NCBI RefSeq assembly: GCF_037042905.1
Contig: NC_087253.1
Coordinates: 25,296,001-25,360,000, forward strand
Length of the DNA stretch: 64,000 bases
Direction: 5' to 3'
Origin: Lytechinus pictus
Taxonomy: Eukaryota
Position 1 is the first letter of the stretch; every line of letters starts with the position of its first letter. Both the position numbers and the translations under genes were made by a program. Shown here in pieces: positions 23,384 to 35,989 of the stretch. The notes under the pieces are model-generated. The model was not told the origin of the DNA. It saw only the letters and a list, made by a program, of their open reading frames with translations, and searched no databases.

Positions 23384-23936
23384 GATTTGGAACAAATCGC
23401 ATTTTGCTCATTTTCTGACAATGGGATTGAATATTGTCTTTTTATTTGAGGCCCATATTTACTTTAAGTATATCAATATAACAATTTTTGATGATTGTAA
23501 GTCTTTATATTGTAGTAAAGCACAAATTAGTTTAAATTCGTAGCCAATCGTACGATTGATATGACGTTACTATACGACTAGATATTAAAGTCGCTTTCAT
23601 TCCATTAAGGATTATAGCATAGTCACAGATTTGAACATAGGTATACTGCGTATGATGATTTAGAACATTGTGCAGTAAGATATTCCATGTCTCAATATTA
23701 GCATCAATTAAATTCTACTACGTTTTTACTCCATTATCGGGTCGCAGACTAATCGTAAGGTATGTGTGTGCGGTGGCCTTTAAGCATGCAAAGTGTGGTC
23801 ATCATACCAACTCCTGAATCTGTTGACTTAGTTTGTAGCACTTTATTTTTGTTTAGAATGTAAATGAACGAAAAACAGATAGAAATTTCCATCAAAATAT
23901 TATTGAGTGATAGACGCGCCTTCCGTCAAATTATTA

Positions 23937-24175
23937 CACAGCAAAAACTGTGGTGTTAACCGGTGTACATAGAGGACCACACCAGTTATTTTACACCGCT
24001 GTTAAATTGGTGGTGTTAGTTTTACACCTATAGGTGTTATTACAACACCTATGGTTGTTACATTTACACTCGTTGGTGTTATGTTCAATCTCTAGGGTGT
24101 TATTTTAACACCTCAGGGTGTGGTCCTCTATCAACACCAATTGGTGTCAGTTTTAACACCATAGTTTATACAGTG
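23937..24175. mobile_element. CAC...GTG (EnSpm/CACTA-like) MITE with multiple ACACC/GGTGT motifs
   Basis: ta|cacagcaaaaactgtggtgttaa...ttaacaccatagtttatacagtg|ta. Confidence 0.6.
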
Positions 24176-24496
24176 TACTAATTTATTGAAGAAAACTCCC
24201 CCAGTGTATCTTTAGAATTAAAGGGGAGGTTCACCCTGACAAAAAGTTTAATGTAAAATAGCAGAAAAATAAATAATAAAAAATATTGCCGAAGGTTTGA
24301 GAAAAATCCATCAAAGAATAATAGAGTTATTAGAATTTTGATTATTTGATTTGTGACGACAAATGCGAGCAGTTTTCCTATATAAATTATTATATATCTT
24401 GTGGTAAAAAAAATCAATGAATGCCATTTCCACATAAAATTGAAAATGGTTTTTACTTTACCTTCAGTATATCAATAGACACATCATTTTACACCT

Positions 24497-24820
24497 GGGC
24501 TCCGTAACACAAAGGTTAGCGATTAATCCCTAATTTGAAAGAACAATTCTGATTGGTTCTTATTCAGTCTACTGAGCAAAATGCGCATGCAAAGATGATC
24601 TTGATAGGCCATTTCATTTAGCGATCAATCGCTAACCTTTGTGTTACGGAGCCCAGGTGTGTGTTTCATAAAGCTGTTCGTAAAGTTACGCAAGACTTTG
24701 CGCACGACTGGTGACCTTTGCCACACTATCCCTATGTAGCTCACTTAGCACCTAAGATCATGTTCCAGTCGTGCGTAAAGTTGTGCGTAACTTCACGAAC
24801 AGCTTTATGAAACACCCACC
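24497..24820. mobile_element. Two different Harbinger-like MITEs joined end to end
   Basis: ctg|ggctccgtaacacaaagg...cctttgtgttacggagcc|cag|gtgtgtgtttcataaagctgttcg...cgaacagctttatgaaacacccac|ctg. Confidence 0.7.
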
Positions 24821-24998
24821 TGTTTCTACAAAGAAAACATAAATAAGTCATCACGAGCCATTAAAAAATTGACATTCATGCATTTTATATTACATAACAT
24901 ATGGGGCAGCTGCTCGTTTATGACGTCACAAATCCAAACCTTCTCTCCTCAAAGGTGGGGTAGGGGACACAATTGAGTTTTTCATTGTTCTTGATATA

Positions 24999-25156
24999 NN
25001 NNNNNNNNNNNNNNNNNNNNNNNNNNNNNNNNNNNNNNNNNNNNNNNNNNNNNNNNNNNNNNNNNNNNNNNNNNNNNNNNNNNNNNNNNNNNNNNNNNNN
25101 NNNNNNNNNNNNNNNNNNNNNNNNNNNNNNNNNNNNNNNNNNNNNNNNNNNNNNNN
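24999..25156. other. Assembly gap (N run)
   Basis: 158 consecutive n. Confidence 1.
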
Positions 25157-25299
25157 ATGCATTGTTCTTAGTTCCAACAGAATTTATTTTAAAGTCCAAG
25201 TTTTAAATATAATAAATTTTTATTATACATGTATATATATGAATACAAATATATGTAGCATGACAGTCACTTCTTAGCTCTATTTTTATAAAATAACAT

Positions 25300-26345
25300 A
25301 GATATAAAAATAAATAGTGAGAGCGCGAGCAGAAATTTTTAATACACGTTCTGGCCTGATCGAAAAGGGACCTGTTTAAGGACTGTTTGCAGTTACCCAT
25401 GAAAAATATACATATTTCAACTATCTAATAATGCGAGCGCGAAGCGCGAGCTGATTTTTTTTTACATTTCGACCTCGGTAAAAACTGGACATTCTAAGCA
25501 TTTTTTTGTAATCATGAACAGCATAGTGAAGTAGGTTTCACGGTACACCAAGTATCTTTCTTGGGTGTTGGTCATGAAAAAAAGACCACCAAAACTCGAT
25601 GTTTCGACAAGTGTGTTCTTGTCGTCCCAGGACTGGCCAGGAGAATGAGAACAACAAGAACACACTTTTCGAAACGTCGAGATTGGGTGGTCCTTTTCAT
25701 GACCAACACATGGTGTACCATGAAACCTACTACACTATTATTTTTCGCCATGGAAACATTCAGAAGTTACATGAACAAGATATGTATATCCCTATCCAAT
25801 TGATGCGAGCACGAAGCGCGAGTGGAAACAAAATTGAGATTTCAGACCTAAAAATGGGACATTCTAAGCACTTTTCTAATCATGCACACATAGGTATATA
25901 ACTATACGGCAGGGGCCGCCGAATGGTTTTCAAGGGGGGGGGGGCTGAGCCAAAAGTGTGTGGGGGGCTGACCATGCAAAACATCACAATTATATGGTCA
26001 TTTTTAAATGTGGGGGTGGGGGCTGAAGCCCTCCCCGCTTCCGCGGCCCCATTACGTACAATTGATGCGAGCGCGAAGCGCGGAAATTGAAATTCAGACC
26101 TAAGACAGGACACTCTATTCATGTTACGTAAATCAGGAAAAGGATCTGAAATTGGGTATCTTCCTATATACATTTATAATTTGAGCGAGAAGCGCGAGCA
26201 GAAAAATTTTGACATTCTGATCTGAAACTTTATAATTCAAGCATGCTTGAAAAAAAGCTGCGTATCTGAATAAACATGCGTGCACGTTTTTAGATTTATA
26301 CCTAGAATCTGGGCATTCTAAATATTTTTTCTCATAAAAATCAGT
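25300..26345 (+). mobile_element. Fragment of the GCGAGCGCGAAGCGCGAGC-bearing hAT-like element (family of 16078-18279)
   Basis: Same periodic motif and shared spacers (agacctaaaa, tagacctagaatct, ggcattcta). Confidence 0.7.
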
Positions 26346-26938
26346 ATGAAATTCTGAAGTGTGTGTGTGTGGGGGGTCCTACGAAACATCGTTCATTTTC
26401 ATTACATTTCTGTCATTTATCATACCAGATTTCCAGGGGGTGCTGCCTATGGAAAATAATACACTCAGCACCCCCGAAGTAAAAGTTTGAGGGTTCTTCA
26501 GCACCCCAGAAACCCCGCTTCCCAGGGTCATGTGGACAGTACATTTTATGTTACAGATTAAGACCTACTTCGAATTTATTTAATGAGAATTAGCATCCCT
26601 TGAAAAATAATAGGGATTTTTTTCGCACCAGATCGCAAACTCTTTCAAGAACACATATGTATTGGAAGTGCCCGTCTAAAAACAAAAAACAGTTGTGGGG
26701 CCTTTGTCGCAAATTGGTGAACCAGGACAGTAGTTTCGTCTTTAGTTCCGGAGCTGACGAAAAATGGCAAATTTTTTTTTATGTCGTTTGTCCCGAGTCG
26801 GGAACAAAACTGCCGTTTTTTTCCCACAAATTTTCGACAAAGACTTTTTGGCTACTCTGTGTTATGAAGGGCATTTGACAATACGTTTTCTATGTTCTTG
26901 AATTCGTCTTACGTCATCTAGCAAAAACCCCAATGCCT

Positions 26939-29900
26939 TTAATTCAGCAGGGGATTATTTCGTTGCGTTAAATCGTCATTCATGGAGTAACCGAAGAGTT
27001 TGAAATCGGGGGCGTAAATCTCGTACAATTTAAGGAGATATTCTTTCGAAATCGTTTTATAATACTTGGTGAATATTTCTTCGGTATTGCTCGTGTTCCT
27101 GGATGATTCTCTGAAGTGAACAATGTGATCGATCTTCAGGTATCTTAAGATGTTCTCCGAGTCTTCTTTCCCAGTTTCCAACTTACCAATGTAATCATAA
27201 TGCATAGTACACGGAAGAACCATTTGATAGATCGGCTTCCAGTGTCCATCCATGTTGTTCTTCGCCTCTTTATCTGTGATAAACCGAACAAACTCCGCAA
27301 ACGTCACGCCGACCCCAGTTTCAAGTTCCTCTTTGGATGGGTTGTCCCTGTAGCGTTCGATAATTCTTCGTCCGTAGGACTTCTGGAACACTTTATTGTC
27401 CTCTTCAAGTTTGTTCCTGTACGCGGAAAGGATGCGCGCAAGAGGATCACGTACGAACATGAAGGTGGTGTAATTACTATTCAGACGGTATTTGATCTCC
27501 TCCGGACTGTACTCATCGAGTTTCTTCAAGCTCGGATCGTGCGCCCTCCATCCGGGTATTTCCTCAACAGTTTTAAATTTTCCCTTCAGAACGAGAAACG
27601 CGCTCTTCCAGTGAGTCGACCCGACCTTCGATATAAAGCCATACATTATTCTGTACTTATCGTCGACAATGTAAGGCCATAGCAATCCTTTCTTATTATG
27701 TATGATGTGAGTCAGATTTAATTTCAGTGATGTGTTCTTGCTACACTCGTCCCGCAGGAGCTGTTGTCGGAGAGCTTGTCTCTCTAACCAGGCACCAACT
27801 GATACATCCGTTTTTCCTTCATCCTTAAGTGAAACCTGGAATTTAATCATCAAGTTCATGCAAGTCGTAATGGACAGCACCAATGAACGTAGAGGGCGTG
27901 AACACTTTAAGTGCTGACGTCGTCTACTTTCATTGGTCTGCGAAAGATTTCCTCACAACGCCATGACCATGAAATACAAAATAACAATTATTGAAAGATT
28001 GGTGACTGACAATATTAATTATATATCAATATCCATAGGCCCTGCAACCATATACGTTGTATATCAATATTTCCTATATCCATATGTTGTGTATCAATAT
28101 TTCCTATATCCATATGTTGTGTATCAATATTTCCTATATCCATATGTTGTGTATCAATATTTCCTACATCCATATGTTGTGTATCAATATTTCCTATATC
28201 CATATGTTGTGTATCAATATTTCCTATATCCATACGTTGTGTATCAATATTTCCTATATCCATATGTTGTGTATCAATATTTCCTATATCCATATGTTGT
28301 GTATCAATATTTCCTATATCCATATGTTGTGTATCAATATTTCCTATATCCATATGTTGTGTATCAATATTTCCTATATCCATATGTTGTGTATCAATAT
28401 TTCCTATATCCATATGTTGTGTATCAATATTTCCTATATCCATATGTTGTGTATCAATATTTCCTATATCCATATGTTGTGTATCAATATTTCTTATATC
28501 CATATGTTGTGTATCAATATTTCCTATATCCATATGCTGTGCATCAATATATCCTATATCCATACGTCATGTGTCCATATACCTCCTATATCTATACTTT
28601 ATCCTAACGTAAGTCCTCTACGGCCTAAATTCATACGTTATACGTCTACATCTATACGTCGTATATCCATACATTGTACATCAATATTTCCTATATACAT
28701 ACGTCTCATATCACAGTTATATTCAAACGTCCTATATCTATACGTATTTATATGTCCAAACGTCGTATATACCAATGCGTCCTATATCTGTACGTTCTAA
28801 CGTATATCCTATACGTCCAATATCTACATGCTTCTTGTATTCATAAGTTGTATATCAATACTTCTTATATCCTTACTTCTTATATCCATACGTTGTATAT
28901 CCACACATCCTATATCTACACGTCCTATCATAATAAGTCCAATATCTACATACTTCTTATATACACAATTTTGGTATATCAATATTTCCTATATCCATAC
29001 GATTTTGCCCAATATTCATACGTCTTATATCAACAGTTCTATATCTATGTGTCCTATATCCATGCGTATTATATCCATAAGTCATGTATCAATTATTCCT
29101 ATCCATGCGTCTTATATATGTACGTCCTATAACATATATCATATACATGTACGTCCAATAACATACCTCTTATATCTATGTTGTTTATATGTATATTAAT
29201 ACTTTTTGTATCAATACTGTCTCATTTTATCTATACGTCTTATATTAATTAGTCCTATCTCCATACGTTGTATATCCATGCGTCCCACAGCTATACGTCC
29301 TACGTCTGAATGTATATAATTTACTTCTAATAGTAATATATACATGCTTACTATAAGTTGCATATCAGTACTTCCATTATCCATACGTCTTGTATCAATT
29401 CGTCCAAAAGCCATACGTACATGGTTTAGCCATACATCGTATCCATACGAGAATTCTCAGCGGAGAGTCAGATGCATAATATATAGGATCTTATATCACA
29501 GATCAGAGACCCATTTCATAAAACTCGTTATAATAACAAATTTGCAATAACAGTTAAAAGCTAGTGAAATCCTTCACCCTGATTGGCTGATGGTAAATTT
29601 GTTATAAAAACTGTGCATTTGTTACTGTAACAAGTCTTTATGAAACGTTTCCAACAAAGTCATGAAAGTAAGGAACAATATGCTTACATTTGCCTTTAGC
29701 TCTTCATTGTCATTCGATCGATTACCGTTGGAGCCGAGTTCAATAGAAATGTCTGAAAGACCTGTTAAATGAGACAAAGTGGTAGATGATAAAGATAAAA
29801 TAATAATGATGATGTATATAGTTTATAATAGAATTATAAAAGAATTACATTTGGTAATTTATCAGTGCTTAAATTGACTTTTTATCAGATGGGAATATCG

Positions 29901-32900
29901 AATGTTTTCAGCTCGTGCTCCGAGCTCGCATTATTGATCTCCATGATTAAAAAAAATGTATTCAAAATGCCCAGATTCTAGGTCGAAATCTAAAACACGC
30001 GCACGCATGTTTATTGAGATAGGCAGCTTGTTCTTTATTCAAAAAGTGTTTAAATTATCCAGTTTTAGATCAGAATATCAATTATTACCTGTTTGCGCTT
30101 CACGCTCGCATTACTAGGAAGATACCCAATTACCCATCCTATTCATGATTTACAAAACATGAATAGAGTCCCGATTTTAGGTCTAAAATCTTAATTTTCT
30201 TCCCCTCGTGCTTCGCGCTCGCATCAATTGTTTAGTTACATACCTGTCCCTGTCATGATTACAAAAAGTGCTTAGAATGACCATCTTTTAGGTTGGAATG
30301 TCTAAAAATTTCAGCTCGCGCTTCGCGCTCACATTATTTAATTGTCGAAATATGTATCGTCTTCATGGCTAAATGCAAACAGTTCTTATCAGGCAAGAAC
30401 CTTTATTATAAATTTCTGCTCGCGCTTCGCGTTTGCAGTAGGCCGTAATTATCTAGTTACATACGCATCTTGTTCAGGATCACAAACATTGCCCAGAATG
30501 TTAACTTTTCAGGACAAAATACATGAAAGTTCCCCCCAAAAAAAATTAGCTCGCGCTTCACGCTTGCATATTTTATATACGGCTTATGAGATTATTTTAT
30601 ATTTATGTTATTTTATAACAATAAAGCTAAAACCTGTGCCCCCCCCCCCCCATTAAATACATGAAAGTTCCCCAAAAAAATTAGCTCGCGCTTCACGCTT
30701 GCATATTTTATATACGGCTTATGAGATTATCTTATATTTATGTTATTTTATAACAATAAAGCTAAAACCTGTGCCCCCCCCATTAAATCAAATCCTAGCT
30801 ACGCCACTGCTCCACATAGAAAGACAACTGCATTATATCACGCGTAACATGTATACTGCATAGGCCTTGCATATAGGCATTGTACTACTAATAACGTTAT
30901 TCTCCGTGATCCGATCTGGCTGAAATTTGAGTAAGTGATTTTTAAAATATTGTGTGAAATCTGGAGGAAATTGTGTTGTATGGAAACTGCGTGCATTTGT
31001 GCCAAAATAACCCGGTCTCGTGCCGGACTCGTCGCCGTACCATGTCGAGTTTCGGGCCCCTAGTCCAAGTCTGAGTCATGAACCTTCGAGCCCATGGGCA
31101 GAAATCTGTCCCGAAAGGTAGGGGGACCAGGGGCTGGAAAGTTTGACAAGCAAAAAAAAAAAAAACTGGTTTTCAACCAAAATGTAAGGTCATTTAGTCC
31201 AAAATACATGTATTATTTCGATTGTGAGTGATGTATTTTTCTCCATCATAACAGACCAAGAATAGTAGGGGGATATTGTGATATTGTGTCCCCCCTACTA
31301 TTTTTGGTAGGGGGGACGCGTCCCCCTGTCCCCCTGGGATTTCCGCCCATGTTCGAGCCCGAGTCCGAGACCGAATCCGGCATAAACGGTCTCGAGTCCG
31401 AGCCTGGACTCGAGTCACACGTACACACTGATCTGAATAGTATTCAGATCAGTGTTCACTGGGTTAGAGTTAGGATTGTAATAGAGTTTTTGGTTCAGAA
31501 CAATGTAAAGATTACGATTAGGGTTTATTTAGTTTTGAAACGGAACACAGGTGCGACTAAAGAGGTAAATATCAATATTTGATAATATACGATCAATCAT
31601 AATATAGTGAGCATGAAATGAGCAACGCGTGTTTATTGTGAAACAAACATACAGTGTGTCCAACAAAAAGGAAACATGTTTTCAGAGATACATTTCACAA
31701 TTATTCAACGTGTTTTACTAATTTGATATTTATGAAAAGAGTCAAATATCATCTTTAATATGAGACCAACAGCTTAGCAAAACATTCACGCATGGCAGTT
31801 TACAAACAATGAGTATAAGGGCATGTCAGAAATGATTTGCGCAGAAACTCGCCTAAGGATCTGAATCGACTTTCATTTCAGGGATCAGTGAGAGAAACTT
31901 TACAAAGAATACGAAAGAAATGCGAATGAGCCAATCATCGAATAAGCACCTCTGTTTCATTATGAATCAATCTTGTCAAATTTTTCTGCGCAACCCGATT
32001 TTAACATTGAAATGTCAAACTCGTCTTGCTCATTATTATTGCGTTAAGTTTTCGTGACATAATATTATTAGCTATCAAAATGTAGAATTATTGAATTGTA
32101 TGATGATGTAAATGAATATCATAACTGATTTGCCTTTGAGGAAAACCGATGTGGGAATCTTCGTTTTTTTAGGACGCAATGTACAATAAAATTCGTAATG
32201 TTTGAACACATCTGAGGTGAAAGCAATTGATTAATCCCTTGGTGCTTCATAATTAAGCTCAAACAAACTTTTTTTCTCCCGATTGACATTTCATCCATTT
32301 TCATACAAAGTACACAAATCAATACATTATAAAAAAAACAATGAATATGAATACAATTCTTAAATTATGTGTATTGTAAATGTGTAAAACCCAGAAAGCA
32401 AGAAAAAAAGAAAAGGGTGATATATGATATTATTTTCTTAATATTATGTCAAATCTATCGCAAAATTGAATTTTTATGATAACAATGTCGACATTGTTGC
32501 TCGCTGGCTTCGCTCCCTCGCAACTTTTTATGAATTTTGCACGATACGCATTATCTGCCCCCTCAAAACTTTTGGCTCAATACACCACTGCCCTTCTAAA
32601 CAGTAAGCGTCAATGTGCTGCGTTTGTTGTTTGTTTTCTTTACAGAAATATCAGAATACGTCAATATAATAAATATTATCTTCATCGACATATTAGCAGT
32701 CACATTGAACACGCGGGAAATACAAACAAAATATCGCCTTATATAGGCTTAGTCTATAGGCTTATTTTAAGAAAATGGGATGTACAAAGCAGAGTTCCTC
32801 GGCCGCTTCTCTCCTCCCCCCTCCCGAGCGAAATTGAATGTCTATATATGGTCAAATTTTATGGGGAAAAAAGTGTAGGAAACAGATTCTTACTTTCTTG

Positions 32901-35348
32901 TTTTAAAGTGTTGCGATTTTTTAAAGTTGATTTGACCCAATAACGATGACCTGAGCTACTAATGCGCCTCCCTCCCTCTCCCGTAGATCCACCACTGTTC
33001 TGCTTGCGCAACTCTCGTAAACAGGGAAGAGATGTTGGAGTTTAACCCCACACTCCTTCTTTTTCATTTTAGGGAGCCAGAGGTGAGAGTTTAAACCCAT
33101 AACCCCCCAGATCCGTCACTGCAAATGAAAGAGCGTCATTATGAAGCTGCGATGAATGCAATGAATGCTCCCCAGGGAGTGGAAAGTGTGCATTTGTCGT
33201 GCGGGATTGAAATGAATCCAATGACCGGTGTAATAATATTCTTTAAAGTGCCTTGGGAAAAGCGCTATATAAAAAGCTAGTTATTATCATTATTATTATG
33301 ATTATTAATGGAGGATGTAAATTCGGAACATAGAATGTCCAGCATGTCCATAGAAAGTCGAAGATTTTGAGATGATATGAACAAGCATAGTATTTGGTAG
33401 CTGACAGTGGCGTAACTACGGGGGGCACGTGCCCCCCCCCCCCTCCCCCCATCGGCTGGCCAAAACAAAAACGGGAGGAAAGGAGAAAAAGAGGGAAAAA
33501 TGAAGGAAACGTAGTGTGAAAGAAAAAATAGACCTTTTCATGAGAATCTAACTTTGAGACATTTCTGACATCATGTTCAGTAAATAGACCCTATATAATA
33601 TCATATCTTGCACTTCTTCTTTGCTTTTCTTTCCTCTTTTTTTTTTGTGTTCTTGGTTGTAGAACTTTTGGGGGCATGCCCAAACCGCAAGTGCTATGCG
33701 GGTGTGTTCCGGGGCGGAGCTCCCGGGACCTCTTGATATCAAAGCCATTTTAAACCTTACAGGTTACCGCTATTTCAAATCGCAGATATACAGTATGTTT
33801 TACACAACACATTAATTCAACGCAGTTGCGAAATTAAACAAATATTTTGAGGGGTCACAACATAGCAATGTGGGAAAATTTGTAAAAAGTCGGAAGCGAG
33901 CGAATCGAGCCCGAAAAAAATTGGTCTTTCGAAATGAAATTCTAATTATTTGATAGGTTTTTACATTATCATGATTATATTCAGCCAATAGCATATTTCA
34001 TTGTTTTCCAGTATTTCATTACGTTCTTATTTTACATCCGATTTTGATGAAATTTTCAGCGATATGCTAGTTTGATTTTTCTCTATTTTATTCAAATCAA
34101 TGTTTTCCTGGGGTGGACTTGACCTTTAATAATTCTTTTCACTTTTTCCCTTTTAGTTTTCCTCTTTTCCCCTTTCCTTTTCTTTCTCCCTCCCTTTTCT
34201 CTTTTTCCCGTTTTTTTTATTTTCCCGGTAAAATCCACCAGGGGCAGCCTGCCCCCCGCCTGTTACGCCACTGCGCTGTAGTGTATATACAACGTTTGGT
34301 GTGATCATCCTCTTTAAACACCGGCGGTGTAGTTTTAACATTACTGTTTTTGAAAACAGCACACACAAATAATTCTTATTGTTACCATGTGCTCGTAATC
34401 GACATACTGAAAATCTGAAGAACAGAAAGTGGTTATAAACGAATTCATTGTGAAAACCAATTCATTTTAAATATTAACAGTACAATGCACCCAAATTCAA
34501 AAGTTCATAGCGAAATATTATATCATCATTGTTGTCTGAGCTTACAATCAGAGCAAAGAGTCGTTGTAATTGTTCAGTTTTCCCTATATAGATTGAGAAT
34601 TGCGATTAAGTAATTGGAGTATACACGGTAGAGCAAGGCATTGATATTCCAACAAGTAAAGTCCAAGAAGCAATTCGGTAGTGTGCCTGTGACAAGATAA
34701 ATCTCTTGTCACAGGCACACTGGTATCATTTTAGAGCAATATCAAGTAATGTATATTGACAATAAACATGGCATTTTTTTTTAAAGTTATTTTTTCCCAT
34801 AAAAATTCAAAGATGGCCGTCATAATTGCAAATTTTTGAATGGTTATCTGCATTGAAAACGTATAAATTCATTCGCTAGACGTTTTAGGTTATACATTTT
34901 TTAATGGTTAAAATGCAATGATACAATGATACACCAGAAACCTATTTCCGACTCAACTATTTCGTAACCGTCTGTAAAAAAATGTGAAGAACGAAAATGA
35001 TCTTAATTTTTTATTGAAACCCTTCTTTTTTTTTGCCTGTCAAATTTCTCAGGAGAAAATAACCTTCAATTTCAGTGCACCTTTTTTAAATTAAAAAATG
35101 ATTTGCTTTTTCAAGAAAAAAAAATTGTTTGCTTTTTGCATCAATGTTTAACTCGTGATTCTACTTCAATGCTAAGAGACAACGTCTTTTAAGACGTCTT
35201 TTAAAACTGTTTATTTACTTTTTGGAATGTATTTGAAGCGACCATACTTAGACAACGCATCCGGGTATTTTCTCAGCTCAGTAGCCAATACGATGAGGAC
35301 GATGGTTGATACACAGCCAAAGAAGACTTTCACCAGAACGTTTTTCAT
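26939..35348 (-). CDS. Carbohydrate sulfotransferase, CHST8-14/HNK-1ST family (CHST11-like), type II Golgi membrane protein, 366 aa
   Basis: complement(join(35219-35348,29688-29761,26939-27835)), GT-AG, phases 1,0. N-terminal TM MKNVLVKVFFGCVSTIVLIVLATELRK; 5'-PSB FISKVGSTHWK; 3'-PB FVRDPLARILSAYRNK; GVTFAEFVRFI, HWKP, PC..HYDYIGKLET, LYEIYAPDFKLFGY. Confidence 0.92.
28045..29450. repeat. 30-bp minisatellite (CCATATGTTGTGTATCAATATTTCCTATAT)n, ~17 near-perfect copies to ~28565, decaying into degenerate TATCCATACGT-like repeats
   Basis: Directly visible; intronic in the sulfotransferase gene. Confidence 0.95.
29890..30810 (-). mobile_element. Inverted fragment of the GCGAGCGCGAAGCGCGAGC element, with a ~130-bp internal tandem duplication (30519-30788)
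   Basis: Repeated gctcgcgcttcgcgctcgc; the aatacatgaaagttcccc...cccattaaat block occurs twice; ends ctacgccactg. Confidence 0.7.
31093..31351. mobile_element. Intact 259-bp hAT-like MITE
   Basis: CATGGGCAGAAATC...GATTTCCGCCCATG with perfect TSD TTCGAGCC (31085-31092, 31352-31359). Confidence 0.88.
33140..33306 (+). mobile_element. 5'-truncated SINE (3' half of the 36989-37348 family)
   Basis: ctccccagggagtggaaa...atccaatgaccgg...gggaaaagcgctatataaa followed by an (ATT)n tail. Confidence 0.75.
33405..34273. mobile_element. hAT-like element related, in inverted orientation, to 20552-22081
   Basis: CAGTGGCGTAAC...GTTACGCCACTG termini; 33660-33900 is the reverse complement of 21300-21590. No clear TSD. 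Confidence 0.65.
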
Positions 35349-35451
35349 TTCGAGAACACTTGGTTCACGATTTCGAAGCAAAAAAGCCCTATATTATTAA
35401 AGGAATAACAATAAAATGTCAGGTTAGATTTTATTGAATAAATTAGATGAA

Positions 35452-35535
35452 AACCGTTCGTGTAGTCTAGTGGTTAGAGCATTGGACTCATGATCGCGAG
35501 GTTGTGAGTTCGAATCCCCACTCTGCCATTGTCTT
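35452..35535 (+). mobile_element. tRNA-derived SINE head (A and B boxes); a second SINE head lies on minus at ~35600-35740
   Basis: tagtctagtggtta (A box), gagttcgaatccc (B box); cloverleaf stems do not pair. Confidence 0.6.
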
Positions 35536-35989
35536 AAATTTGATTTTCAAATTACCAAAGAGTAATATCTGTCGTCAAAAGGGTCAGCCGCTAACAAAAT
35601 CCCTTTGTCATTTGAAAGGATGTATGTGAAGAGTAACAAACTTGGATATAAACTCTTGTCAAAGGACATTATAGCGTCGTGTGGGATTCGAACCCTCACC
35701 TTTAGAGCCAATCGACCGAACCACTTCACCAATCACCGTCACATCAGTTCAGTTCAGTTCAGTTCAATTTATTTATTTTCTCAGCATAAAAAAGATGATA
35801 TATATACAATATGTACAAAAATGACAAATAGTATCAGAGAAAATTGGAAACTACAGTTTCCAGTACATTGAATGACATTAATATTAAATGAAAAAAAAAT
35901 GCACACACAGCATCAACAAACACCAGCAAACACACATGGAGGGTAGGGCGGTAAATGTATGAGATTTCAGCAAGGAGAAAGGAAACAAA

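Noticed and set aside
24918-25206. ORFs spanning X residues
   Set aside because: Assembly gap.
27836-27883. ORF-track start of the sulfotransferase (MVLSITT...)
   Set aside because: TTG start with no TM segment. A splice acceptor at 27835 links in frame to exons 29688-29761 and 35219-35348, which supply the ATG and TM anchor.
27933-28800. Three long repetitive ORFs (YPYVVYQYFL, MDIGNIDTQH, CINISYIHML)
   Set aside because: Artefact of a stop-free 30-bp intronic minisatellite.
35452-35530. tRNA-Met(CAT) gene
   Set aside because: A/B boxes and a CTCATGA loop are present, but acceptor and anticodon stems do not pair; it is a SINE head or pseudo-tRNA.
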